Notes: generated from the letters alone by a model not told the origin. A stretch of DNA of 64,000 nucleotides from Eledone cirrhosa (GCA_964016885.1 OZ024743.1:3658001-3722000), one strand, 5' to 3'; shown: positions 48,835-62,049, counted from the stretch's first letter. Program-made: numbers and translations.

Positions 48835-51732
48835 CCTATTCCGCACGTGCGCTCTACAGAGGCCACGTACCGTTTCTCTCCGACATAACTTTCCCCCTCA
48901 GAAAACCCCCCAGTTGATGGATGCGAAATCCGAAATATAGGGAAAATTAAATCTCTCCCAAGGTAACTCTATCTCGTGTTATTATTTTTATTTTTTACAC
49001 TCTTTCCTACGTTCCTCTAGACACTATACATCTCATTCTACATTTCCTCTTACACCTCTCTCTCTTCACCACCAGATTCTGTTACCCGAAAATTTACCCA
49101 TCTGCATTGTTGAGGCTTCCAAAATGACCCCAATTTTTTTAATATTCCACAATGCTTCAAGCAAACTTCAATACTCTCTTATCCTTACACCTTAGCCAGG
49201 AATTGTTTGCATCCGTAAGGGAACTCTTTAGACTGTCGGAGAAATGGGCTAGTGTTGGCTATCAAATTATTTTCCTTAAACGCTGCCTAAAAAACGATGT
49301 CATCCCCACCACCATCAGGAACATCCGCCTACCAGGGTGCCTACGTACACCAGCTTTTCAAAACACCGCTAGCCGCATACACCGCTCGTGTATCAAACAG
49401 ATCCTGCGACATCTCAACCGCCAATTACACATTCATAAACGGACACTCTCAGAGCGGACACATCGACTGCCAATAGCACCCGGAGACTTGCTCCTAAATA
49501 TCACTAAAGCAATCGACCAGTGCTGCCACTCCAGAGTCCAACACGAAAAAAAACGGCTAAGCGGAAATATGAGTGGATCTTCCTTAAACTCCACAACGAA
49601 CACACCGACACTAACAAACAGACGGACCAGAACCACGTGATAAACAGCAACATAACAACCGTCGCCACCACATCCACCAACACCGAGCCACACCTCAACG
49701 ATGCGACACACCTGGTCACCGACCTAATCGGCACACTCACGAACGACGAGCTGGAACTCCTACGCCTCGGACCTAAGTTCATCGTCTCACAGCGGCTCGA
49801 CGACAGACTTAAACTCAACATCGAAGCCAACTTCTGCCAAGCCGCCTACCAACTTAAATGGGTGACCGCCATCAACAGCGCCATGGAAAATAACAGCACC
49901 CACACAACCCGCCCCAAGTTCCCCACTTACCACCTCGACAACCCACTCCACCCACCAACCACAAACTCGACACCAAACTCATCAGGTTAAAACACTCCAT
50001 CTCTGATATCCTACACAAACACAGACGCAACACAACCTCACTAAATCTCAACGCACCACTCTCTCCAACCTGAAATCGAGGAACCTCATCTACCTCCCCT
50101 CCGACAAGGGAAAAGAATTCTGCGTCATCAGCAGAGAGGTCTACAACACCCTGGCCCTCCAACACCTTGACGATGACAACCTCTACTCCAAAGTCACAGG
50201 AATCAGTCCCGCGTAGATCGAGGAGCACATCAACGCCGCCTGGACCAAGATCTGTGACCGGTGGAAGCTCCCGAAGAAGCTCAGATACAACCTCCTTATG
50301 AGGAACAGCAGACTACCCGCCTTCTACCACCTTGTGAAAACACACAAACAGGGATCCGACCTGAAGATCAGACCTATTGTATCGAGCATGGAAGGACCGC
50401 TCTACAAAATGACATGGCTCCTAGCCAGAATACTTAAACCCATACTAGACACCTTGCCGGGACACGTAAACAGCTCTGAGGAGGTGTTGGAGCGCCTGCA
50501 TCAAATGGATCCCGACACCAGAAAGGCTAACAGGTATGCCTTCAGCCTTGATGTGGTCACTCTTTATATCTCGGTCCTGGTGCTCCCGGCAGTTGATATA
50601 CTGATGGAACGCGTTCAATCTACCAACCTACACTGCTTCGGGCTCACCCCCACTGACATCCACCAGCTTCTATCTGTCGTCGTTGACAACACATATTTCG
50701 GTTTTCTCGACCAAACATACCAGCAAACCTCGGGGCTGCCCATGGGCTCAAGCTTGTCGGGTGTGCTAGCGATCTCGTACATGGACAGCCTCGAGCGCAA
50801 GGCACTCACCACCTGCCACCCCAACGCCGTTGCTTTTTTCTCAAGGTACGTGGACGACATCCTCATCCTCACATCTTCCCAGGGGATGGCGAACGGAATT
50901 TATGAGATGTTCAACAACACGGACGAGAATATTGACTTCAGTGTTGAACACCCCAGCGACGATGGATCCCTTGCCCTCCTCGACTTCTGAATCAACATCA
51001 CGGAGCAGGGAGGGATCCACACCAACTTCTACCGCAAGGCAGCCTGCAGGGACTTGTTCGTCCACTACAAATCTTCCCTCCCTAACAGTGCTAAAAGAGG
51101 GTACATCACAAATGAGATCACGGAAATTAAAAACATGTAGCGATGCTGTGAGTGGTGTCACCCATACCAAGCAGTTTGTCAGGGTGCTGGAGACGAACGG
51201 ATACCCAGCCTCGCTTACAAACAGTAAGAAACACCAGACGCAAGAGGCAGACAAACGCCCAAGACAAGTGCTTCCTTAAAATCCTGCACCTGGGCGAGAA
51301 AACCACCAAGGTTATCTGCAGGGCTATTTGGAGAGAGGGCCTCGACATCCACCTGGCCCACTCGGGCTCCTCCCTATTCCGCGTGCACGTGCACTCTACA
51401 GAATATCTCGGTTACACACAAACGGCAGACAACAGAGGCCACGTACTGTTCCTCTCCGACATAACTTTCCCCCTCGGAAAACCCCTCAGTGGATGGATGC
51501 GAAATCTGAATTATAGGGACAATTAAATCTCTCCCAAGGTAACTCTATCTTGTGTTATTATTTTTATTTTTTACGCTCTTTCCTACGTTCCTCTTCACAC
51601 TATACATCTCATTCTACATTTCCTCTTACACCGGATTCGTCACCACCGTACCCATCTGCATTGTTGAGGCTTCCAAAACGACCAAACATTTTTTATTATT
51701 CCACAATGCTTCAAGGAAACTTCAATACTCTC
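48835..51732 (+). mobile_element. Near full-length Penelope-like element with direct pseudo-LTRs; RT pseudogene, GIY-YIG missing
   Basis: pLTRs 48835-49178 and 51373-51732 both end in the ORF start MLQ.NFNTL. ORF fragments LLRLGPKF, LPSDKGKEF, FYHLVKTHK, IRPIVS, FSLDVVTLY, QTSGLPMGSSLS, RYVDD, FYRK, NGYP with stops and frameshifts. Confidence 0.9.
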
Positions 51733-52129
51733 ATATATATATATATAGTTAATAAATGAAACAAAATAAAACCCAGGAAGCAAAATTATGCAGTTATATT
51801 TGATTCACACTTGAAGGAAGTGGAGGAGGTTTCAACGTTTCAAACAAAAGTCCTTCTTCAGGAAAATTTCAGATAAGGAGAGAACAGATAGATGTATGAG
51901 TGATGTGAGAAGGATTAAACTTTCAACTATTTCAATACATTATCTCAAAGGCAAATATATTGAAGCAGTTGAACAATTCCAAGTTATTTAATCCTTAATA
52001 TATGAATATATGCTCTACATTATTATATATTGAGTACAGATGTAGATAATTTCACAACTTAATATGAAAGAATTAGTTATAATCTTATTTTAATGATTAT
52101 AACTAATTCTTCCATATTAAGTTGTGAAA

Positions 52130-52991
52130 TCTATATATATAAAACTGTGGTTGTCTGTCTGTCTATCGATTTTTGGCACACATCTCCTCTTAGAATCTCT
52201 AACGGAATTGCACCGAAATTGCTATACTTGTACATTGAGCCCTAGCGAAGACATCGGAAAAAAAAAAATTTCAAATTGACCCACCCTATGTGACGAAATC
52301 GAATATAATGTATCGATTTTTGAGCGTAAGTTATCAGTTATTTCCCTTTGTTCTGTTTACATTGAGCGTCTTACGTAAAAAATTACGCTGGCTTTAACAG
52401 TTGTCGAGCCAGCAAAATATTGACCTGCAAAATTCATCAGTTCGAACACTAAGCTTCCGTTTTGCTTCATTTCCATTTAAAAGCATTTTAAAACAATATT
52501 TTTACTTGAAAACAAGTCTATTTAAAGACTACGTAAAACAAGCAAATATTTCGTCGTTAGGCGTGCAGACAGACAGTCGTGCAGAGAGGTGATATACGCG
52601 TGCAGACAGACAGTCGTGCAGAGAGGTGATATAGGCGTGCAGACAGACAGTCGTGCAGAGAGGTGATATAGGCGTGCAGACAGACATAACTGATAATTTG
52701 GTTACGCTAATGTTTTTCTCTGCGTTGCAGTGTTTACATTTTCGATCTTTGTTAATAAATAACCAGTGCAGTTTCTATCCCCAGCATCCTCTTTTGTTAT
52801 AACATTCGGGTTATCGTTATGTTTTCTTAACTTCATAAGGCATATTGTTGGTTGAGGGAATATTAATCAAAAACACCACATGCAAGTCTGCACAGTAGAC
52901 ACTACAGTTTTTAAGCCAAGAAAGAAACTTAACATTGTAACTTTAACACAGCTACTGAGCGACCCCGAGCAACGCCGGGCTTTACTGCTAG
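52130..52991 (+). mobile_element. Non-autonomous Helitron with internal 37-bp tandem repeat (52559-52687)
   Basis: A|TCTATATATATAAAAC start, cccgagcaacgccggg hairpin, CTAG|T end. Empty site visible in the left arm at about 33742. Confidence 0.9.
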
Positions 52992-54165
52992 TTATCTTTA
53001 AATATGTTTCATTAATAGTATTAAATCATGATTTTTGTTATTTTTTATTACAAGGGTATACATTCATTCTCTGACTATTTTACGCTGTAAGCATATGTCA
53101 TTTGATAGGATTAAACCTCTCTCTGGCAATGTTTTCTTCATACTCTGAAAAACAGAAACCCTCTCTGTATTTACTCCCACGAGATTGAATTGTATTTTAA
53201 GGAAAGCCTAGAGAGATATTAACATAAAATTACCCTACTTTTAACATAAGCAGTGACTTTGTCTTGGTGATGCTAAAGTGATAATTGTTTCTAATATTGA
53301 CACAAGCTTGCTTTTTGACTGGAGGAGAAAGTTCATTAAATTGACCCCAGTATGTTTCTAGTACTTCATTTTATCAACTCCGAGAAGCTGAAAGGAAAAG
53401 TTGACATCAGCAGGATTTGAACTCGGAACATAAAGAGCTGGAACAAATGCTGTTAAGCTTTTGTCTGGTACTAATGATTCTCCAATCCACTATCCCATAT
53501 AATAATCTATAACGTCCATCTTCCATGCAAGCGTGGAAGATGGACTTTAAACGATGATGATGATGTTTCTCCCTCTGTCCGTCACAACATATATGTAGGA
53601 GGGGAAAAATGTCATTGTTGGGTGAGACAGTGAGAGAGAGTATGTTTGAAAGAAAGATGGATCGTTTATGACATGAGAATGAAAGTGATGACAGACTTAA
53701 TAAAAAGACTTTCATTATAATGATAGGTTGTTGAGAAATACAAGAGAAAGAGAGAGAGAGTGTGTCAGTGTGTTAGATGGTGTTGTCACCATAGTAACTA
53801 ACGAGTTTCAGGGGAGGAACGAAAAGTTGTTGCTTTTGAGAAAGAAATACAGTGTGAGAGAGATTGATCTATTAAAAAAAGAATTTGACTATAATGGGGG
53901 GGGGGGGGGTCTCCTATTTATTGATACTTCAGTATTTATTTAAAATACTTTGTTTCATATTCTACAGAATATTGTTCAATAGTATTCAAACTGTTAATGT
54001 TATTTTAAGTGCAACACACATGAGAAAAACAAACCGCTTGTGTGTGTGTGATGGTCCTTCAACATATAGACAAGATATCTCACTTCAAAATGAGACCAGG
54101 ATATTTGTCTGTCAAACTTATATGTATATACTCAATTTTAAAACATACAAGATACTTTCATTTAA

Positions 54166-54361
54166 TCCTTTAGCATTTACATTACTCTATATTTTCACAG
54201 TAATGGCTTTACCTCACATAATATCAAATCTATGAGATTTTGATATTATTTATTTTGAGAACAATACTTTAACATCAGTATGAGTAGCTGATTACAGCTG
54301 GCTTGAACAAAAAGAGATGAGAGAATTCTGGCCGGATACAGCCAGTTTAAAGGCTAAAGGA
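54166..54361. mobile_element. piggyBac-type MITE
   Basis: TTAA tcctttagc...gctaaagga TTAA. Confidence 0.8.
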
Positions 54362-55140
54362 TTAAACATATAACATCTATTTTATAAAAAACATGTTCAA
54401 AGTTCATCTTATAATATTCATCATACTTTTTCAGTACCCAAAGCCCTTCACTGCTCGGTTAAAGTACTGAACCATTGACCCTTATAATCTATTTATTTAT
54501 TTTTATCCTAGATATATTATTTTATTTTCTGAAAATCTTTGGCTGAATAGATATCACTCCTGTTCATAGTTACGAGTCCTAGTATTAAGAACAATTTACT
54601 ATGAATATAATCCTTCTAACAATTCGAGTAAACTCTTCAATCCATGCTAACCGGGAAAAATACTTAAAAAGAAAAAAACAAAAGAACCTACTGGTGCTAT
54701 ATAGGTGAGTGAATTCTCTTCCAAATAAATGTAATTTAAGCCTTGTGAATTTTGAAAAGAGCTACTAAGCCTTTCACATATGATTAGGCTGTGTACCTTT
54801 CATTCATCACCACTTTGAGCCTTTTATTGTTTGATTGAGAGAGTGAATGTATGTTTCAATGACACTGAGTCATTGAAAACTATTTAATATCAACAGCTGG
54901 TATGTAAATATATAGTTTAACGATAGTATATATATATATATTATATAAATAGATTAAAGGATACATTTATTAGTACACTCAATTTGATTTATATGACTTG
55001 ATTTTGTGTTGGGACCTTTATACCTACAATTTTAATTTTTAATTTTTATGTTGATAAAAATCTGTTGTATTGATTGAATGATAATAAAATACTATCACTT
55101 TGTTTACAATGTGTCTTTTGAATGGATTTATTTATCTTTA

Positions 55141-57630
55141 TCTATATATATAAAACAGGGGATGTCTGTTTTTGTGTCTGTGTCCCTAAAACTCGAGAAG
55201 TACCCAACCGTTTTTTTTCAAACTTTACACATGTAACCCGTATGGCCCCGGAAGTGTTTTGAGCAAAAACAAATTTCAAATTATTCTGACCTAGAGATCG
55301 AATTAGTGAAGTGGTCAATGTCTGGACATAATGAAGGAGTGAGAGGGGAGAGAAAGAAACGGAGAGGCGAAGTGAAGAAGTGGCTCTCTACTCCTCCTCC
55401 TCTCCATTCGTCACAGCGTTTTTCGATAGAGGGGAGAAATGTGAACGAGTTACAGAGAGAAAGAGTGAGAGTGAAAGAAACAGACTAAAAGAGGGGGATA
55501 GCGGGAGAGAGAGAGAGAGAGAGTGACAGATGCCGTCTTTTGAGAGTTGTATGCGTCAAAGATACATGACAGGAATAACTATTGCGTGTGTGTGTACGTG
55601 CGCGCGTGTGTGTGAGTTTGTGTGCGTTTGCATGCGTGAGTGTGTATGTGTGCGTGAGTGATTATAAACTCTCACATGGTCTGATGGAATTAACCCTTTA
55701 GCATTTACATTACTCTATATATACTATATTATTTTCATGGTAAAGGCTTTATCTCACAAAATATAAAAATCTCATAGATTTAATATTATTTATTTTGAGA
55801 ACAATATCTTAACCCTTTAGTATTAATGTGAGTGAGTTATAAAGAGAAAGAGTGAGAGTGAAAGAAACAGACAGACTAAAAGAGGGGGTAGCGGGAGAGA
55901 GAGAGAGAGAGAGAGAGAGACGCTGGAAGAGGGGAAGGAAAGCTATAAGTAATTAACACGTATGCGTGTGTGTGTGTGTTCGCGCAGGGTTCCATTATGA
56001 GTTAAATCTATTAACATGTGTGTGTGTGAGTTTGCGTGCTTCAGTGTGTGTGTGTACTTGCGTGTGGCGTTTCATTTACGCCATTTTTGTCACTGACAAC
56101 ATATTCACTAACTTACACTCATTCCAACCGCTGCTCTTACTGTTACCCCTCTCCCTATCCATACCTCGTTCGGAAATCACATGCATCGGTTTTTAATTCA
56201 CTGACGAGTTTACTCCTTACTCTACCAGTGAGTTTCAGTGTACTTCGTACTGCTTTTAGGTCATGCCTCGAAGGAAGAGATGCTCCAATGGCCGAAAAAC
56301 TGCGAAAGCAGCAACAACACGGACAGGGCGGGCAAACGAATCGTCAGTGGAATCTGCTATTCGACGGTCGCAAGATGCTAAACGTACTGCCACCAGAAGA
56401 GCACTTGAAACAGACAATCAACGAACTATTCGCCGAACCACTAATGCAGCATCAACTTCTGTTGCACGGGCAGCCGAGACGGACGACCAGCGTAAAAAAC
56501 GTCGGAGTGCGGATGCTGCGAATACTGCTGCTGCGCGAGGTGCCGAGACGTACGACCAGCGTAAAAGATGTCGGAGTGCGGATGCTGCGAATACTGCTGC
56601 TGTGCGAGCTACACAGACCTTGCAAGAACGAGACATTCGACTACAATGTAATGCTCAACGAAGGGCCTTTGGACAGGGTATTTCAAGGCTGTGTAGCACA
56701 CGATGGTCCTTGAAAGAATTCTAGTACAACCCTGACTTTGAATACAGTGGCCATCCAGACATGCGAATTGGGAGTATATCAAAGACGTGCTCTTTCTGCA
56801 ATGCAAAAAAGTGGCCTGGAGAAACACCTGGCTTGTTGCGCAAATGGAAAAGTAAAAATACGTCCCCTGGAGGATCCACCAGAACCGTTGAAGCTCCTAT
56901 ATTCAGGCAGTACTGCGGAGTCACGGCATTTCCTGACTTATATCCGAAGGTATAACTGTGCTTTCCAAATGACATCTTTCGGGGCGAACATTGTCAAGGA
57001 AGGCGGATTTATGCCCACATTTAAGGTTCAAGGTCAGGTGTACCCTAGAATCGGATCCCTCCAACTTGCCGGCAATCAAGAACCTCAATTTCTTCAGCTG
57101 TACTTTGTTGGGAATGTCAATGAGCAGGCAGTCATGAGGAACTCCATTTCACCCGGTACCAATGTCGAGCTTATAAGGAAATTGCAAGACATTCTGCACA
57201 CAAAGAACAGCTGTCATTAGCTTCAAAGCTTGGAAGCAGATACCACAGCCAATTTTAATGTGGTAATTGATGACTCAAAAATGCCATCTGGGGAGCATCC
57301 GGGTCGGTATAATTATTCTGCATGCAATGAAATCGCTGTACTTATGCATGGGGGTCAGCATAATCCACGAGACATTGCCCTCAAGCGTCGAGATAGCACT
57401 CTTCTGAAGATCCCGTTAAGGGTGAAAGCAGCGATTATTTGCTTAAACTTTAATCTGTTATTTTAATATATATATATATAATTATATATTCGTGTACAGA
57501 TATTTTTGCATACACAATAACAAAATATAAACAAACGTATTTATTTCATGAGGCTCGATAAGGATAAATATATAACAAATATATAAGAACCCTAGAGCAA
57601 ATCCCGAGCAACGCCGGGCCATTCTGCTAG
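55141..57630 (+). mobile_element. Deleted Helitron carrying the 5' part of RepHel
   Basis: TC start; cccgagcaacgccggg...CTAG end; coding remnant inside. Confidence 0.9.
56263..57410 (+). pseudogene. Helitron RepHel N-terminal remnant (ends before the HUH and helicase domains)
   Basis: MPRRKR, 23-aa ET.DQR repeats, CSFCNAKKWPGETPG / CCANGKV, FL..IRRYN.AFQMTSFGA, TFKVQGQVY.RIGSL, FLQLYF, GEHPGRYN...NEIAV...RDI. Confidence 0.85.
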
Positions 57631-58359
57631 TCTATATATCTAAAACAGAGAATGTCTGTCTGTCTGTCTGACTCCCTAAAACTCAAGAACCGTCCAACCG
57701 ATTGTTTTCAAACTTTACACATGTAATATTTATGATCAGGTAATTTTCAATGCCCTAGGGACCGCATTAGGCGATTTAGCGATCTCTCTCTATAATGTTT
57801 AGTCTTTCTTTTTAGATAGATACATAAATATAACGTTGCGCCCTTATAATATCTGTCTGTATGTCTGACTGTCTGCATTACGACATTATGACGCTATATG
57901 TTTGTGTGTATATATGTATATATATATATATATAGTGTGTGTATATATATATAGTGTGTAACGTTTTTCGAAATATTTACTTCTGCGTTCACAGATTGAT
58001 TTTTTTAGTTTCAGAAGATCCCGTTAAGGGTGAAAGCAGCGATTCTTTGCTTAAACTTTAATCTGTTATTATATACATATAATTATATATATATATATAA
58101 TTATATATTCGTGTACAGATATTTTTGCATAAACAATAACAAAATATAAACAAAAGTATTTAATCGCGATAAAGTATTGATTTTCTTCGCACGGAAAAAA
58201 CCCCTGCTAATCTACGACGAATTTTTTTTTATAAACACAAAATGTAGACACCATTCCGAGGCCGAGGTATTCCGTACTTCTCTGTACTGTTTCAGAAAGG
58301 AGAGATAAACATGCCAATCTATGTTTACAACCCCGAGCAACGCCGGGTCATTCTGCTAG
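57631..58359 (+). mobile_element. Non-autonomous Helitron, head-to-tail with the previous one
   Basis: CTAG|TC junction at 57630/57631; same 5' family sequence and 3' hairpin plus CTAG|T. Confidence 0.88.
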
Positions 58360-58524
58360 TTATAATTAATTTTAATGTTTATTTGTTCATGCTTGCATTA
58401 TTATATATTATCAATATATTTTATTTGTGATCACATTTAACGTGTTTTGTAAATTACCAGTTCAGAGTTTTAATCAGTTACAATCAGTTCAACTCTAGAA
58501 TCGATTTACTCATCTCTATATACA

Positions 58525-58598
58525 CAGAGTGTCCCCAAAATGTATACATACTTTTATTAGAATATTGTTAAAGTGTGTATACATTTTGGAACACCCTG
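58525..58598. mobile_element. 74-bp Tc1-like mini-MITE
   Basis: Imperfect TIRs cagagtgtccccaaaatgtatacatacttt / aaagtgtgtatacattttggaacaccctg. Confidence 0.6.
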
Positions 58599-59489
58599 GA
58601 TATATATGTACACATATGGAGAGAGAAAGACAGACAGGGGAGATATTTTATTAAACTCTTCCAAAATTAATTACGGTATATCAAATTATTTGTAATATGG
58701 TTCAACAACGATGATAAAACTATAAATACAAAAAAGATTTTGAGTAAAATACAATATCAAAAAAATATAAAAAGAGAATCAGTTACAGAAATTAACACAA
58801 GCGCAACGTCAGTTAAGTTTCTCGGAAAATTTCTAACTTAAAAAGTTCATCAGAGTTTCCTCCCTTGCAAAAAAAATCTTTTGCGGACATGGTTGTTTAT
58901 GATACTGCTAAAAATAGCAGCCAGATATTTATCTCTAGCTATGTTTTCAAACAACGAAGGATACACATTAAACAATGTAGTCTTAGAAACCCATATAAAT
59001 TTAGCAATATCAGTGATTGTATGTAAATAGATAGGATCGTGTCTTCACACTCAGGACCATCTCTCTAGGCAGTCCGCCGATTAGCTAGAAATAGCAGCCA
59101 ATTTTTCATCGAATTACGAGATCCAATTAGATGTGATACATGATAAGGTATTTTTGCTTTCGATTTGTTTTGTTTGTTTTTGTGTTGTTTATTAGTCATA
59201 AAATTAAATTATGGTCGCCCGAGAATTTGCTTCTCTTCAAACAAGAAGCTAAGATAACTGGCATTACTTCATATAAGATCTCGTGAGGTCGTAGGAGGTG
59301 GGGTAAAGTTCTTTACCACAGCCACAACCTGAGCTCGAAGGACTGCCATTTCAGAGCTAGAAGAAAAAGAAGTAAAGAGATTTCGGGTAGGAATGCAGAA
59401 GCAGATATTACACGAGTCACAGTTGTTAAAGGTGTCACAACTTCTGTAATTCTATATGCACACCCATCTTCGGATATATATATATATAA

Positions 59490-59611
<122 letters not shown>

Positions 59612-59627
59612 TTAAATATATTTATGT

Positions 59628-59846
59628 ATGTAAAAGGTAAACAGAAATAACAACACAATCGGTACAGTATATGGAAGGGATATATTAGGTTAACGCTTGA
59701 TATAACAGGAAGAGGGTCTTAACGTTTCGGAGGCTAGTCCTTCATCAGAAGAAAGTTGATAAATAAGATAGATTGAGGGGACGGGCGGGTTGGAATTAGA
59801 AAACATGTCTTTAGATAAAAATAGCAGGTCCATTCATGTTGACATC
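59628..59846 (-). mobile_element. PLE terminal-repeat fragment, same family as 28930-29140
   Basis: Direct-orientation homology to 28930-29140; inserted in microsatellite. Confidence 0.75.
59717..59752 (-). ncRNA. Minimal type I hammerhead motif with intact core
   Basis: ucuu CUGAUGA a gga-cuagcc-ucc GAAAC GUU aaga. Confidence 0.7.
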
Positions 59847-60342
59847 AAACACACACACAGATATATATATATATATATACTAGCTAAACTACCTGTTTTT
59901 GGATTGTTCAAGTAGCTTTCGATGTAGCTCATTAAACTAAAGAAAGTAAATTTGAATACATAGAAGATATAGAATACATAGAATACATAGAAGAAAAGCG
60001 TACTTTATGTAAACATGAAAATCTTAGGCACTATTCCAGCGAAATAATTAATTGTTTCTACTATTGGCACAAGGCCAGAAAATTACCCAGTACATTACTG
60101 GTACTTTATTTTATCGACCCCGTATGTGAGCTCGGTACTTAATCACGAAAATTCACACAAATAACCGAAACTTTTTTAATATCTTCAAAGGCCTTAATAT
60201 TGATTTTTGAAAGCCTTTGTAGATCATGTACAGGTTTTGTGCAAGGAGAAGCTCTGTAAAAGATTTCAAAGAAATCGCATGAATGGTTTAGAATATATGA
60301 GCCCTCATTAAAAATTGTCCACGCACACATACAGAAAAGTTC

Positions 60343-60343
<1 letters not shown>

Positions 60344-60413
<70 letters not shown>
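60344..60413. repeat. Pure (TA)n
   Basis: Direct inspection. Confidence 0.99.
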
Positions 60414-60414
<1 letters not shown>

Positions 60415-60699
60415 TCATGTAAAAGTTGTTAAGGTTAATTTTATGAGGTCAAATATTACATGGATACTACTGGTGAGGGGCTTGAAATTCCATCTAGAAT
60501 TCAAAGTACCGTATCAGTAGCAGAAGCCCAACTAATCTCTAAACGAATGAAAACAATACAATGAATTACAGTAATATTACCAAGTCTATGTATCAATACG
60601 TCCTAGTAAACAACAAAGCCTATAAACAATGATTAACAATTAAAAGGTACAGGTTAAAAAATTAAGTAGTGTCCCATTATATGAAGTACACGATCTATA

Positions 60700-60890
60700 T
60701 AATTCTTTTTACTTTTTGGCACAAGGCCAGCAACTACCGAGTGCATGACTGGTACTTTATTTTATCGACCCCGTAAGGATGAAAGGTAAAGTTAACGTCG
60801 GCGGGATTTGAACTCAGAATGGTAAGGGCCGTAACTCTATGCGTCAAAGCATAGTGTCTGACTCTCTACCGATACTGCCAATCTACCGAA
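60700..60890 (-). mobile_element. SINE family B
   Basis: Homologous to 41633-41828; a 3' fragment also lies at about 60045-60125. Confidence 0.85.
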
Positions 60891-61139
60891 CTATATAATG
60901 TACGAGAGACAGGAAGGGAAACTAAATTGTAGGGTTACTAATAAACCCAAATAAGAAAATGCTGAGAATCTAACGAAATATAGAAGGGAAATTTAGAGTC
61001 TAAAAGGTAATAATTAATTAGTTAATCTCTCAAATCAATCAATTAAATAAAAATGCAAAAATGAAAAATATTAAGAAACAAAAAAACAAAAACAACAAAC
61101 GAAAAATGAAAACAAAACATAAATAAGTGAAAGCACTTT

Positions 61140-61575
61140 GCGACCTTGAATTCCTCTAACACAGCCGGAGTTGTCCTGATCTTACGTATAGGCTAAATTT
61201 GGGCAAAATTCGATGAGTTCTTAACCAGTTCATAGGTATTTGTTGATCTTCTCTATCCTCTCCACCCTTGACATTAGGACTACATACATCTTTAACAGCC
61301 ACAGGAGTCTAGGCAGCTGACCAAGCTCATAGAGCTACGCTTTGAATTTCCATGGAAACTTTGATTTTTCGGTTCTTCTCAGCCATTCCTCTGTCTTCTC
61401 TTCCGTATTAGTGATATTGTTCCCGTCGGAAATCCAGACACCGAGCCGCTTTCCAAGACATTCTGTTGGGTTTCCATGTGTTAATCGAATAACTTCCCGC
61501 TGCACTTATAATCTATTATTTTACCACCATGCTCCTGGATTTCTTCGGCTTGAACTTCATCCTTGCCCCTGTTGC
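61140..61575 (-). mobile_element. Hero/NeSL-like RT C-terminal fragment
   Basis: [16 protein letters not shown] ... PTECLGK motifs. Confidence 0.6.
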
Positions 61576-61584
61576 CGCGCGCGC

Positions 61585-61585
<1 letters not shown>

Positions 61586-61639
<54 letters not shown>

Positions 61640-61664
61640 TGTGTGTGTATGTGTGTGTGTGTGT

Positions 61665-61741
<77 letters not shown>

Positions 61742-61755
61742 TGTGCGTGTGTGTA
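61586..61755. repeat. (TG)n microsatellite
   Basis: Direct inspection. Confidence 0.99.
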
Positions 61756-62049
61756 GATATAACTGACTGAACAAAAGTGAAAGGAAAGAGAGAATACATC
61801 AGGAAAGAAAAAAAAAATGATATTAACGGGAAGTAACTCATCAAGGATTATCAAGACGGAAAAAAAATCCGAATATAATTCTGATGTCTATGGTGAGTCC
61901 CCTTTTTGAAGAGGGCTCATATAATTTTATTTCTAAGAAAAATATTTTATTTTCTATATATACATTACTTTACTCTTTATTTTTAAAGTAACAGTACATA
62001 ATGCCGTGTTTTGTAGTGAAATAACCTTTCTTTAATTATCATCACTTTG

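Larger units (their letters stand above)
44523..58515. repeat. Right arm of the inverted duplication, inflated by insertions
   Basis: Collinear reverse-complement blocks to the left arm, interrupted by a PLE, Helitrons and MITEs. Confidence 0.9.

Noticed and set aside
52559-52687. 37-bp repeats (also the 20-bp and 48-bp arrays) as a CRISPR array
   Set aside because: Contiguous tandem units with no unique spacers, no cas genes, and a eukaryotic context.
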